Source: Raillietiella orientalis
Lineage: Eukaryota
DNA length: 64,000 nt
Reading direction: 5' to 3'
Assembly (NCBI GenBank): GCA_036172245.1
Contig: JAYWIR010000046.1
Coordinates: 1,426,001 to 1,490,000 of the forward strand
Part shown: one piece after another, positions 12,801 through 27,621 of the stretch
Layout: each line of letters begins with the position of its first letter
Numbering within the stretch: the stretch's first letter is position 1
Translations under genes and position numbers: made by a program
Notes under the pieces: model-generated
Seen by the model: only the letters and a program-made list of their open reading frames with translations
What the model was told of the DNA's origin: nothing
The model's database searches: none

Positions 12801-14249
12801 AATTACAGGGTTAATCACGTGCTAAAAGTGGGAGCGAAATTGCAGGTGGAACGGCTGCAATTATTCGGAAGTTGAATCACCCTGAGTAGTGGTCCATTTT
12901 TCATGTTCGATAAGATGCACACTCAAGGGTGTTGTTGTTGCTTTTGTTTTGGGAGTCGGGAACTTTTCTTTACCGCTTTACCCCACTTCACCGCATTCCG
13001 GCTTCAAAAACATAGAAAGCAGCAAATTCCACGGCATTCTGAGCACCTGGTCCACAGAAGTCTGCAAGCGCCACAGAAAGATCCACACAATGATCCCATG
13101 TGTCCTATTCATACGCTAAAGTGCTCTGTCCATTAATAGGTTGCACTCTAGTGTGATTATATGGAGGCACCTAAGTAGATGTTTCGGAAAAGAAAAGATG
13201 GAGGTATTGCTGTTGTTACTGTTTAATACTACATACGCTCATGCACGTACAGTGCATGAGCGTATGTGGAAACCTGATCAAATCTCATATGGCTTCATCT
13301 ACTTACTGTTCATGAAAATGCAGTGCATAAATATCTTAGCGTTTTTGATTTCCAGATTTACAGTTGTCACGTAAAACTTGGCTGATAAAACCTCATGTGA
13401 GAGGCTCGCATTTACGAAGTCCTCTGGATGATGTTCATGTGTGTGCTTGTTTTGCATTCCAGTGCTCATCCTTGCAAATTATTTGGGATTTTCCGTGATG
13501 CCTTCCTCTTTTTCATCTTTACATTCCCATTATCGACGTTTCCTTCTCTATGATGCAGACGTGGATAGTGAGCTGCTGATCATAGTTTTTCGATGAGTGA
13601 ATATCAAAGTGTCAAAGTTCTAATGCATGGACACAGAAAGCTATTTAAAAGAAAGAGGGTTTAGAAACCACGGTGTGCTGGCTTTGAATCTGGTGTCGAT
13701 CTGCACCTACAACTGCCATCTGGTAATTGCTGCGTGAAATGAACGCAAACGAGCTTCGAATGACCCGCTATTGCCTAGACTCTATATGACATATTGCACA
13801 CACACACACATACTAAAACCCAACTACCGAATTTTTGTTTCATCATTAATCAGTCATTCTTCTTTAGGCATCATTCCAAATAAACTTTTGGCTCTATTGA
13901 TGTTTGTCTCAGAGGCAGCTTTTTAGATCTTCGTTCTTGAACAAATCCTAGCCCAGAGTTAAATGCAATGAAATATCTCGTCGTTTTTCTAAGATTCTTG
14001 TTCAAAAGCTACAAGTTTCCACGCAATTTCCATTAGCTTCCATATAATCTTCCTTAGCAGCTAATGGTGAATCTTATTTACGCTTGTTGTTAGGAAGGTG
14101 CTTCCTACTCATTCCAAATTCTAAATTCATTCACCTCTTCTTGGAATTCCACTTAAGTGATGCGCTTCTTTTTGGGGTATGTTTTACGATGGAATTTTTA
14201 CCACCCCTTTTTCTCTTTCTCAGAGTCATAATGACGACTACCCCGCTAA

Positions 14250-15300
14250 CTGCAGCAAATACCTACAGTTAGCGTTTGTTTATTCTGAGTGAAAACTGCT
14301 CCATCTACCCTTCTGGAACTATTGATGCTCGAATTGTCGAAACTAATAAGTAGTCTTTTGATTACAGTGGACCAGTTGTGCCACAGAATTATTTTCCGTG
14401 CATTACTTCTGGAAAACACATGTCCAAGGGAAACATCAACTTTCTGCTATCATTTTTTATTCTGCTCAGTAATATGACAGCTAACCCGATGATATTTTCA
14501 CCGATTCTGGATGGCCCCCAAATGATCTATTTTTCGATGAAGCAAGCAGCTTCGAAATGAAGTGGGAAGCTGGGAAACTTTCTGGGTCTAACGTTGGACT
14601 TTGTGTTTTGGAGCTCAGCGCAACTTTGATTGAGAGAACAGAACCCACACAAGATTAACGCACTGAGTCCCTGATAAAAGAAGCTCAATATGTCGAGAAA
14701 AGGACATTTTCAAAGAGAAATTCTCTCTAAAATCTTCGTTGCCGATGAAATGCAGGCCAAGCAAGCTTGAGAAACGGCGTCACATCATTCATAAATAAAT
14801 CGATCAGCAGATAATTCGAAATTCTTCTTCCTTATATTATATAATACATGCAATGATCACTCTGATTGCATAGCGGTGTTCGAGAAGGACTTCGGGTTTC
14901 CGATCAAAGAACAGTCCTTTGATTAAATGGAAGGGTACTTTTTAGTAGATCAGTGAAAACTCTTCTATTTATGTGCAAAGAACACTTTGAGGCCTAATGG
15001 GACGATTTCTAAGGTTCTGTAACATAAAAAAGAAGGATATTCTTGAATTCTATAATTAGTTTTATGCTGCGAAATCTAGTCACTTTTGATATAGATATGT
15101 TTTTTTTGCTTATTACACGTAAGATTCAAAGGAGATGAATAAGATGTAAATCATATCTTTATAAAGACACCCAAGCCAACTTAGTTTTCGATCCAATGCC
15201 ACACTTTTCTTGCTGATCTTTACTTGCAGGCCTACAGTAAGCGACGCCACGCATCTTGAAGATAGAAGGATGATTGTCTGTAGGTTATAATGCAATATTA
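14250..15300 (-). pseudogene. Cluster of discoidin (F5/8C) domain relics
   Basis: Minus-strand VALDRKLSWLGC (~15170), HFIGNEDFREN...SRHIELL (~14690-14750), and DVSLGH...VIKRLLISF...AVFTQNKQTLTV (~14270-14440). Stops and frameshifts present. Confidence 0.45.
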
Positions 15301-17049
15301 CTAGCCATAGATAATCTTACGATACGCCATGATAATATCTTATGTTATGTCATCATTTGGACTTCACTCTAAAATTCATATTCTTTTCGAATTGCACAGA
15401 AAGTGTTAGAATATTTGATATGGCATAATGCAAAAACATTCGATCATTTTGTGAGCTTTGAGATGTTCCCCGCTCCTACTTTAGTTCTCAAAAGTATTTT
15501 TAATGTTGCCATCGCACTATCAAAAGCGACATGAAAAAAAAAAAGATCCGCTTTAGGATTTGACATTCCAACCTGCAGCATGCGATCATCATAAAACGTT
15601 GCAAGCCAAACATGTTTTACGATGAGATTGAAAAAGCAATGAATTCGAAATTAATGCTGAAGGGATGAATGCTCTCTCTTATGATGGTCGCATGGATACG
15701 TGGGACATTACACAACACAAAGATGAAGGATGAAGTGAAACCGTGTTAGAGAGAAGTTTTGTGAACCTAACAACCTTGTTAATATATTGAAAGGCGCAAC
15801 GAATCCAATAAATTGTTCCCCTGTAGAAAGGCTATATGGAGGATGCTCATATTCCTCATAAGTGCGTGGAATGATCACGAGTTGTTGACCCAAAGTTACG
15901 ATTTGCCATCTGGGAAATGCACGCTACATAAAAATTTTGTATGATTTGTCAACTAAATTCGTACAATGAAGTAGCTTCCACTGCTACTGATAGTTCCTCC
16001 GATATTGTGGACTCGGCTGCAAAGTCCACCCGAGCGCTCAGAGGAATCACGCAGAGGATCAAATGAAGCCAAGCACCGCATTTGAAAACATTCGAACGAA
16101 CCAAGCAGGTGTTTCCGAAACCAAAGAAAATGCAAGGGATGTTAATGAAATACCTGAGGAAGCACATCGAGAATTATCTCTGTCTGTGAGTGATCTTCGT
16201 TCTCGAGCTCCGGGATTTCTTGTGAGCCGGAGAAATCGTCAATTACGTCAATTAGGAACCCTTTTTTAATTCTTCCCGCAAACATCGGTGTGTTCACGTG
16301 TCAGGGCTCCTTCAGAAGGCAGCATGAGCAGCAGCAGCTCCGGTGAGATGAGGCCAACTCATCAGACAATAATGAAAGTGCACCTAAACCTATGAAGTTT
16401 GTCTTGGAAATTAGTTTCGGAGGGATGTTTTAAAGAGACAGGATTCAGAAACCAGAAAGGTGGACTCGATTTTTGCATTCTGTAACTTTGCGGAATTGCA
16501 GTTTGCCTTCCAGTTCGACAAACGATTTCTGTATCTGTAATTAACACATTGGTCAGAGATAGATCGACATATTATCAGCTGATGGATTTAGCTTCATCTC
16601 ATATTCCTTTCTCCCAAATTCTAGAGAAAAAAAAAATGGCATACAAATCTTCCGTGAATTTTAGTGAAAAAAAATCACAAAATCATGATTTTTTTTTTCA
16701 TCGACCATAAGATTGGAAAAGTGCATTCCATCAGTTCAAAGTGCTCTGCCAGCTCAATTTCGGACTAGCCGTTTTAAATAGCATTTTAAAAGCCGATTTT
16801 TCCTACATTATATGAAAGAGACGAGCCCCACCAGAGACGATTTAGATTTCCAAGTAAGACTTACAAGAAGGAAAAAAACGTTATGAAAGTCACTTTTGAT
16901 CGGAAACAGCAAAATGATCACTTTTATTTAATGATCACTATTATTGCAGCTTGCAGATGGAATAGCAAATCACCAGGTGGCATAGAAAAAAACGTGATAA
17001 AAAATCAAATATGGAGGAAAAAAAGGTATCGGAGAAAAGAATGCACACA

Positions 17050-18950
17050 GAGTAAAACGAAAATCCATTGCATTGAGCCGTTAGATTTCAATAGAGCTGG
17101 TTTTCAATACAATTCTCAGATATGCTTCATCACGAAAATTGTATGGAAGAGTCATGACCTCAAGAAGTTGCTCAACGATTCGAGGAAAGTGAGGCGTTGA
17201 AAACTGCAGTGTTGCTGAACTGGTTGAACTCCCAGGCGGCGGATGTGCAGGTTTCAAAAAGCTTCTTCTACGGTATCAAAAGTGTTTGTAAAAAATGGTG
17301 ACTACTTAGAAAAAAGACACGGGTATGTATATCTTAAGAATACTGATGCATTTTTGTTTCTCTTATTTGTTCTTTCTTTATATCTGATCGGCTTTACTTT
17401 TGAAATGCGCCTCGTATATATTCCAACCAAATCCGTGCTCTCATTCCTAAGGATGGTTAACATATTTTGGCAATTTTCTGGTTCATAGTGCAGGCATTCT
17501 TGACAAAATGCTGAATAGAATGTTCGTGTCAACCGTGAAATAAACTGAGATTACAATCTTTTATCTTGATGATGTAAAACCAATCATAGTGCAAAACAGA
17601 TATACCATCAGTGATACCTACTTACAGCGAGTCACCAAGTCACTCATGGCAAATGAATCGATCGAAAAAAGTGTATAATGCTAATACAAAAAGCAAGCTG
17701 ACCCTGCAACCTATATCAGCAAAGTAATGTGTAGATATGCAATAGAATAAAGTTTAATAAAGAATGCAACCAACATGAAAACACATACTGGAAGATTTCT
17801 GATCAGAAGCAGTCCGTCGCCAACGATACATGGTTTGGACTGAGGATGGGCACTCTCCTTGCTATCAACGTCCCATTTGCGAGTGGAAAGAACTCTTTCA
17901 TCTGTATATTTCGAAGGCATACAAACTGCTTTCATCGGCCGTCCACTTTCGGCAATATCGATGCTTTTTAGAGAGCGCTGGAAAATCCTCGAAAGGGGAT
18001 AATTTAGGAAGGTAATCAAGATCTCCATAGCAATTCCAAGCTGATGCTTTTCTCTAGAGTAGAAGGCGTCTATAACTTTTCGAAACTCTATGTACCAACC
18101 GAAAAGAATTCATGAGCGAGAAAGCTTCTTGCCTTGCGTCTCAACCGCGTTCCAATAGTTTCGGAACCACTACCGTTGGTTTCCTAATCAACTTTCAGTG
18201 GAAAGAGTAACAAAGCATGTCTTAAGCAGGAATGAAACCGGACCATATGAAGCTACACCAATTCCACGCACCGTCTAACAGATGCAATTGTATTAAAACA
18301 TTTGAAACAAATTCTTCAGACATCTAGCAACCCACTACTTCAGGCGGATTGAATAGAGAAGACAGGGGTATAATAACAGATATCACTCTACGATTTCCTC
18401 TTTGAATATTCAGAAATCAGAAAATCTACACATACTCAACAAGTATGATAAACTAGTCATTTTCCGTCGCCAACCAACTACGAGAATTGTGAATTACAGC
18501 ACAAAAATCTCCATTTTCAAATAATTCTTGCATTCACTTTCGTTCGCTTACAATTCCCTATTGTCTCAAAACAAGGAAATCAACCGGTTCCTCTCAAAAT
18601 GGCTGTCATCATGCTGCCCTGTGCAACATTCTAACTCCCAAAGAATTGCATGAATTGCAGGTGAAAATAAAGAGTATTGCGACTGTCGACCCATACTTAC
18701 GCTGTTGATTTCTCAAGACGCCTTCCAAGATTAACCATTCGGAGTCGGTCGAAGACTGTCAATACAAAATATAACCACCTGTTGCGAACAAGAGCCCTCC
18801 TTCGGCAAGACATGGTTCCACCCTTCCCAATTGTTTCCTTGGTTTTCCTTTATTTCTGTCAAAGAACTCTCACATCCCTCTAAACGAGACACTGCTGCCT
18901 AAGGGTTATCTGCAGCAGTCTTGGCGGAAAAGACCACTCGGAGCCTGAAA
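17050..18950 (-). pseudogene. Cluster of discoidin (F5/8C) domain relics, interrupted by a mariner fragment
   Basis: SRLEGC; NG*SWK...YSLFSPAIHA (~18640-18750); LKVD*/KPTVV/NAVETQG, VSKSY...AWNCYGD and LIARRVPILSP (~17840-18200); AYLRIV (~17120). Confidence 0.5.
17157..17416 (+). mobile_element. Second mariner remnant (3' end and TIR), same family as the 10503-11080 copy
   Basis: Closely similar to the reverse complement of ~10503-10770; ends ...atgcgcctcgTA. Confidence 0.9.
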
Positions 18951-19184
18951 GAAAGCAAATAAATACTTCCACGTTCTTCGCACGACTTTTGCCGATCTGT
19001 GATCAAGATGCAAGATGAAAAAGCGATCGAGTTCCTTGCTTGAGGCGGTTTTTCTTCTCACCTACCGAGAGCGATGGATCAGGGATATTGGTGCAAGCTG
19101 TCCATATATACGCAGACACACGGGGAAAAAAAGCCGACCAAACCGGCACAGCCTTCCGTTTTCATTCTTAAGAAGAGACGCTCA

Positions 19185-19515
19185 GGAAGTCGGAATTCGT
19201 CAGGGAGTGTGTAACGACTCACCTGCCGCACAACTAGCCCTGGAAATGGATGGCGCTCAAGCGTCGAGCCTGCTCCCAACCGCCGGGACTGAGTTGTTCC
19301 TGCCTTCAGGACGCGTTTCGGAGGACGGCAGGTTCCTCAGGTTCCAGCGAGGAACGAAAGGTCGTGACGGTGCACCCTGAAGGGTTTGGGCATGAGCTCG
19401 CCTGGAGCCGCTGTCGGAGCAGATCTTGGTGGTAGTAGCAGTGTGATCCTGGAGGTCTGATGCGGAGAAGGATTCCATACGAACAGCCTTTGAGCATAGT
19501 TCAGTCGATCCTAAG
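19185..19515 (+). pseudogene. Isolated, diverged 28S (LSU) rRNA fragment
   Basis: Matches conserved LSU segments in the correct order: GGAAGTCGGAAT..GGAGTGTGTAAC.ACTCACCTGCCG..CAACTAGCCCTG.AAATGGATGGCGCT, GCAGATCTTGGTGGTAGTAGCA, and GGAGAAGG.TTCCAT..GAACAGC...CAGTCG.TCCTAAG. No flanking rDNA. Confidence 0.9.
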
Positions 19516-19599
19516 TTCCCGGAGAAGACATTGAGGCTCATAACCAGCTCCTTGCATACCAACAGATGATTCCTTAAACCCTAAATCCGATAGTGTGTG

Positions 19600-22110
19600 T
19601 TAGAAACGAGGAACATCACATCACTTTCCACCAGTCTGACAAGAGGAGGTGGGATAGTTTGATAACAACTTAACAAGGAAGCACAATAGAAAAGAACTTA
19701 TTTCCAGCCACACACATAAAAAATGAACACCCAATTCCACATGTTCACCTACCGATCGCTGATTCAGGATTGGAAAGTGCTGAGGCAGATGATAGGATTG
19801 CAGAAGGCAGCGGCAGAGGTCCCGAGTAAACTTTTCGAAGGCTCCCTCATATCCCTGGTGTGAATCGTCATAGCCTTCTTCATTACCAGCATCGTGATGA
19901 AAAGGTTGGAAACCCAGAATGGGAAAACTGTAGCGGCCATGGAGCCCTAGCAGGTCTTATGAAGAAGAAAATTGGAGTTCATAACTACAGAGGTTCTAGC
20001 TTGGACTGATGGACGCATCCTACAAACGGTGCAGGAAAAAGTCCAAGTGCGGGGTAACCCAACTCTGAGGTGTGACCGGAAACCGTAGGAAACTGTGAGA
20101 ACTATCAAGAGAACCCCAGTGGACAAGTCTTGCAGAGCTCATTCTGAGGGTTTGCAGTCCAGTGATGCAGACTCCATGATAAAACATCAGGACGCCATAT
20201 TCTAAATTTCCGGTGGTAGATCGAACCTGTTGCACCAATCGCTCTGCTATCAATGCGGTATCGAGTGGGCAGCTGATTCTAGGTTCTCCTCATCGGTGTC
20301 CCTTCTTTGGATGTAGGCTTTCATCCTGCCTGCTCTCACTAAGGTCCTTGAGCTAGTGTGATCCCACCAGAGTTTCCGAATCTTCTGGGTTGCGTAGTTC
20401 CACATACTTTTCTTATAATGGAACGCTCGCATCTCGTTGCGGACTGTTCGCACTGTCTTCTTCGCTACATCTACCAATCCGTTTCCCACGACATCGGAAA
20501 GAAATAGGGGATCACTAGAGACAGTACTTCTTCCTGAAGCTCCTTGCTTTGAGGAACCACTTTCAGTCGGTTGATGTTCCCCAAGGCTTGGTCATACCTA
20601 CCCATTGGATCGCTTTCCTCACCAGCAATGCCACAGTGCCACTTGAAACATTGATTAAGCTTCAAGTTGGTACTCTGAGCAGCGTAGAATCACTCGTTCA
20701 AGGTAGCTGGATCTAGCCACAAGTGTTGTCGAGAGTCCAGGAGCTTGATCACATGTTTCGTCGACTTTTATTCAGTCGCGCCATTTTCCCCCGGGAAAAA
20801 TACAGAAATGTTCGATTTTCACTCTGAAAATGTACACTTTCATGTGAGCTTTCTTTTCATTTTCAGCATGCCGTGGCTTGATTTTCAGTTTCATCGAATA
20901 AAGGACCTCTCCGACGGGAACTCTGGGAAGAAGGACGCTGTACCACAAGTTGGTCCTTCCTTTCGAAAAGTCCGAACGGCAGTAATTGGTCTCTTCTTCA
21001 ATGGCTTCTCTCGGAATTTCCTTCCAGCACACTGTCAACGCCGGAACTTCTATGCTGTGGATTCGCAGGTATTTTAAACCGTAGCACACTCGGAATCCTT
21101 TCACCTTTCAAGCAGTGATGGCAGGGACTTCTGTGGTTAAAAGTTTCAATTTGTTGACACTCATCATCAGGCTTAGTCTGACCTTCATCGACCCGATAGC
21201 CAAACAAGCATGTTTATCAACTACATCCTCCATTAACCACAGGAGGTCGTCTGAGTAAAAAAAACTATGTAATTCTTCACTCTTCCATTTTCAATAATTT
21301 AGGAAGCACAATAAGGGATTAGTGAAGAAATTGTCTTCATGCACAGTACAAATAAACGCATAGAACCAAGAGCATATCCTCACCGGATGCTTCTTTCCAT
21401 TAGCATGCTACTCTTTTAATGACCGTTGAGTCAATATTCAAAAGCGCTTCTTTAAACTCCGATTTCCCACATCTGAAAAATCGACTTGGAAGACCTAGTT
21501 TTCTCAAATTCTTCAGGAGCATCTCGTGGTCCACAATGTCAAGACCCTCTTCGCATCCGTGAAACCTGGCATCAGGTCGTTGACGATGAAGCGGACCCAG
21601 AGGTTGGTTGCTCGGAAACGCATTACGTTGTGAGACGTGCATATCTGCGTAAGAGAAATCACGGTTGCCATGATTGAACGTAAGCGGTTGACCCCGATCA
21701 GGACCACTTCGCACCTGCGTTTTCAGGATGGACATTGGTGTCCACTGGGTGACCTTGGTAAAGCTTCCAACCTTCGGCCGCAACCTCTTCCTAAAACTAG
21801 CGCAAGTAGGCACGAAAACATCTTAGAAACTAAACGCGGGAAGGGAAACATTTACGACTCTCATGTAGAGTTTCTTTGCGACAATTACCTTCCAAGGTTC
21901 GAAGTGTACCGGAAACTACTGCAAGCCCTTGGAAAACTGATGCGCAATACGCGAGGAGGGCAAGCATCCGGAACATCGAAACCAAGAACGCGCCGCGTGA
22001 AGAAAAATGTCATTACGATAGGTAACAAGCATACATCCTGCAAACCTCTATACGCATCTGGTAATTTCACATCTGCAGAATCAGACACAAAATTCCAAAC
22101 CTCAAATTGA
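19600..22110 (-). mobile_element. Decayed Tx1/L1-like LINE (RT and C-terminal region)
   Basis: PKVGSFTKVTQWTPMSIL (cf. PKKGDL...NWRPISLL), DIVDHEMLLKNLRKLGLPSRF, FYSDDLL (YADD box, ~21245-21262), KYLRI, GRTNLWYSVLLP, and ARLVHWG (cf. ARLSHWT at 42.8 kb). Confidence 0.8.
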
Positions 22111-22158
22111 GACATGATGCACTTTTTAGCAGGTACCGCAACGTTCCTGCTTGTCTGT

Positions 22159-22491
22159 TCATCTAATTCTTACGTGAGATCGTTTCCCTTCCATTACAAA
22201 ATGAAGTTTATTAACGATGCAACTGTAATGCATCTTTCCCTTGATCTCATTCCTGGGTATCCAAGTGACCGAGTTGCAACACGTTTGTTTCTCCAAGCCA
22301 TAGCACCATTCCACGATGCAAAAGTTGGAAATGAGCACCGATGCCGAACCGTGGGCAAACACTTGCATTAAAGCAAACCGAACAGAAACAGGCCGAGCAC
22401 ACGAAATTTCGTGGGTATGGGTGTATTCAAGCTCTAAGTAAGCTTTCATGGATTCTAATTTACTTGCTGTAAATACATGAAGCCTGAACAC
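22159..22491 (-). pseudogene. Discoidin (F5/8C)-like domain in an open 110-aa frame (exon or relic)
   Basis: VFTASKLESMKAYLELEYTHTHEISC...NSVTWIP...IVNKLHFVMEGKRSHVRIR follows the domain motif order (W.a...yLqidl...h.ita; dg.tW; vvN.l...aryVRI). Confidence 0.5.
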
Positions 22492-23356
22492 GCTTTAGCA
22501 ATGCATTGAATAAAACCTATATGCAACTATGATACGGGGTTGTTCAACACCACACCAAACTCCTCCTCTTCTTCAGTTACATGCTGAACATCCGAATATT
22601 CAGTCGAAAGTTTGCTGCTGAAAGTACTTTCCCCATTAACTCCCCATGCAATGTGGAATTCAGCCAAGCTATGGTAACCCTCTTTTCCTTCTGATCTGGG
22701 AACTGCTTCTCACCAGAAAACAACAATCTGATTTGCACTTTTTTTTTTGTCCTTTTTTCTTTGCTTTGCTATTTAACCATTGGAAACACATGACCATTTC
22801 CAACTTCCTGGTGTCAACAGCTTCAGCATGAATTTTTGGTCTCATCACCTTGCAAATTTTCTTTTTTACCCTCCCCCCACACCATCTCTGTTCATTCCTC
22901 AACAAGCAAAAGCTTAGAACTTGCTTGAATGCTGTTCATCACGGTGCACCACAAGGAAGCAATCAGCAAGTCATGCTGCTGCTTCATCTAGATGCTCTTA
23001 AGCATATCCTTACATTGGGGAGGAAGGGGGTGAGGGGGGATGAATTGGCAACTTAGGAAAACGACATACCAAATAACATACAAACACAAAGATTCCAAAA
23101 AAACGTATCATTACTATTCATTTTTATCCCTTTATCCTTTAGTTGATGCTTCCAGAAGATTTTCATGGAACATCATACAAAAGTTTCTTTTATTATCATT
23201 GGCTATGGCAGTGCAATCCAAGAGCTGCTGCACAACAGTGATACATTTTACATGGGATTTACATTGGGCACATCTCATTCAAAAAGATGAGTTCCTCATG
23301 AAGACACATGAAAAAATGTTGAGAATGCTCCAAGAGTGTGCCATTCATCCATAAGG

Positions 23357-24655
<1,299 letters not shown>

Positions 24656-25049
24656 GCTAACAATCGGCGGGTCCGATGCTTACTTCCAACATTCACCGCA
24701 TCACAGTTCCAAGCATGTTTCACGTGCCTGAGCGGCAACTGTAGCCTTTCGCACGGGTCATCCCATTCGTCAAACCGAATTGTGCACAAAAGCATACTTT
24801 GATACGGATATGTATGTGGTTTTGCAAGAGTTGCACGTTTGGCTGCCCCTCATAAATGGGGTGATTGTAGTTTTCGCGTTTATGAAAAGCCGCGTAATTT
24901 TCAAATGCAGAATGTATGATCTGTAAATTCCATGAATGAGATTAAACTAAAATTAGCATATGAAGTAGGGTGATTCTTTAGATCGGGGAAAGCTTTGTCG
25001 GTCTAGACCCTAGAAGGAAAGGGTAGGATAGGAGGTAAGCTAGTTGAAG

Positions 25050-25550
25050 GGATTATCGCTTCATATGCTATCTGAAGGGAGGACAAGAGCTTGCTGAAAG
25101 ATGCTCGCCTAAAACAATGATTCTTTGCACGTATTCAAACTGGTGGAAGAATCCTTACAGACTGACTTACGAATCGTTCGAGGAGGTTTTTTTTTGGTCA
25201 TTTCACCCATCCTTCTTCCTCTATCCCTTCCTGATTGTCCCATAACTTCTCTCTTTCACAGCACTTTTTCTTCTCTACTCGGAGATCAAGCTGCATCTTC
25301 CTTTTCGCTCTTTGAAGAGGCAAGTGACTTCTTTTATCATCTAGTGGCCACCAATGATTTTGCCGCTGTCCAGCTACGCCCTAGTATCATATCCTGGATA
25401 CTCCATCCGTTCCAACGCTTCCTTAGCTACAGTCTCAGGAGTTTAATACACAGACTCATTTAGAGAGGACAGAGGCCTCCGCTGTGTACTCCTGTTTTTG
25501 AGTCCGGAGAATCGAACCATCTCTAGTAGCAGCAAGACTTATCAAGTTCT
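25050..25550 (+). mobile_element. Possible decayed LINE APE-endonuclease fragment
   Basis: TGGRILTD, LLGD and RSLIHRL occur in APE-like order. Weak. Confidence 0.3.
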
Positions 25551-26971
25551 AGAGGCGCCTTCGCTATTCTTCCCCTATGGAGACGCTTGTTCCTTTTCTT
25601 TTTATCCTCCTCGCCTGTGCTCATAAGATCATTCGTCATTCGTGATTGCTGAGCTTCTACCAACTTATAAGCAAGAGATAAAAGAGCCCAGTATTATGCT
25701 TGCTACTACTAGTGTCTTGTTCTCAATTTGAACTCTAGCAGGTTCATGCTGCGGGGCAAGCAAGGGCACAAAAATTTTCAGTCAACGGTAAGATCTTTGT
25801 TTGTAAATCCGTAAAGATTTCGTCTTACAAGCAGGATTAATGGCAGATGAAGAAATGAAACAATTAGAATTCCGGCTTTACGGTTACTCTATTCTGCAAT
25901 CGTCATGAAGAAAAAAGAATGGTCAATTGAAACCGTTATGTGCTTTACACTCAGTTTTCTCCATCCACTGGAATGAAAATGTGTATTTGCATTTTATTAG
26001 CTTTTTATTAGCACTGATCGATATCTGTGATCTGCATTACAATAAAAGCAAAGCAGATTTCGAATACGATTTTTCTTTCGTTGAAATCTGCACAATAATT
26101 ATAGTGCTTCTATGTTGTCGTTTACATCTTGGATTAATAATGTTTAAACATACATCCTTGGGAATCATTTAGGGTAAATATCAGACCGTGGTATTCTCAC
26201 TGATGCTAAGAATTTGTAAACCAAGAGTTTGTTGAACTCACTTTAATTTTTCTTTTGATAGAAGTTTTCACATTTTTATACTAATACTTTGATGCTGATG
26301 AAAATTTTGGATTAAGTAGGAAATCAAAATTACATCTGGCTGCCGACTCAATAATAAAAGTCAATCCAAAGTCTTATTAGGGAAAACTGTTCTTTGAAAA
26401 ATTGTTTTTAAAAAAAATAACTTTACATAAAAGTACAATGAATACACTATTTGATTATAATTAATTAGTTAAATCTACAAATAGATTCACATAACGTTCT
26501 ATCGAACACAAGCAGTATCTATAATTCCTTGCACAAAATTCAGTTTCGTAGCGGGAGTAACACTTGCACTTTGCACCAATGACCAGCTAGGTTTGAATTC
26601 AAAGTAACGTCTAGTCATTTATTTTGGGCAAGTACGTGTGGGAATGTTTGGCAGAAAATTACTTGTTAAATGACGGAAAACCTAATGACAGTGTATTCTC
26701 AGGGTTAGGGAAAGGATATGAGAGTTTTTTTAGAGTGAATTTTCAAATAATCAATGTATTTATTCATTTTATCAATTTATTCATTTTCATTTTATTTTTT
26801 GATATATGCATATGCCGGACCTAGATTGTTATTTTTTTTCAAATTAAATTAAAACTATAGTGCCTCAGCTTCAGTCAAATTAATTATTCGTTTCAGTGAT
26901 GTCATTTGTGTTACGAATTTTTGTATGATATACTAACTGCGACCATTAAGAAAATCATCAATTCAGTAAAA

Positions 26972-27615
26972 ATGAATGATAACCATTCTGTTAATAAAAG
27001 GTAATATTATGTATGCTCTCCAAATTATACCAAAGGTTAATTTTCTTGTAGACTCCAGCAAGAGTTGATGTGCTTAATGGTAAGTGTTGTTGGGTATTTC
27101 TTTATTAAGTATGTTTAGATGAATGGCGATAAAAGCATTTCTGCATTTCCCGAAGACAGCAACATATTTCAGTGGATTGGTACTGTCTGGGGACCTCCAG
27201 GCACTGTGAGTATTCATATTCATAAGTGAAAATAAAAGCTAGTGTGAATGGCAGGTATATGAAGGATTTCATTATAAACTTCGATTAGAATTCCCGATAT
27301 CTTATCCTTATAACCCACCCAAGATTCAGTTTTTAACATCTTGTTTTCATCCAAATGTGGATTTAGAAGGCCGTATATGCCTGGACATATTGCAAGACAA
27401 GTGGTCAGCCTTATATGATGTTCATAGCATTCTTCTTTCTATTCAAAGTTTGTTAGGAGGTAAGACACTATTATTTCACCATATTTGTGAGAGTAATTAT
27501 TTCAGAACCAAATAATGAAAGCCCATTAAACAGTCAGGCAGCCAATCTTTGGTCAGATCAGTCAGCTTATCGACAACATCTATTAGTACATCAAAATCAA
27601 AATAGCAATAAATAA
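26972..27615 (+). CDS. UBE2C: Ubiquitin-conjugating enzyme E2, UBE2C/UbcH10-like, 5 exons
   Basis: Exons 26972-27000, 27052-27079, 27119-27205, 27255-27459 and 27506-27615 give [23 protein letters not shown]...[25 protein letters not shown]...EPNNESPLN. An additional 5' exon cannot be excluded. Confidence 0.92.
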
Positions 27616-27621
27616 AGTGTA

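Noticed and set aside
15950..16270. Plus-strand protein-like fragment (MKPSTAFEN...)
   Set aside because: No recognisable domain, broken frame and no clear splice signals; cannot be supported.
19185..19515. Functional rRNA gene or classical R1/R2 insertion site
   Set aside because: Short, diverged fragment with no other rDNA. The R1/R2 target region lies further 3' in 28S and is not present, and the adjacent element looks Tx1/L1-like.
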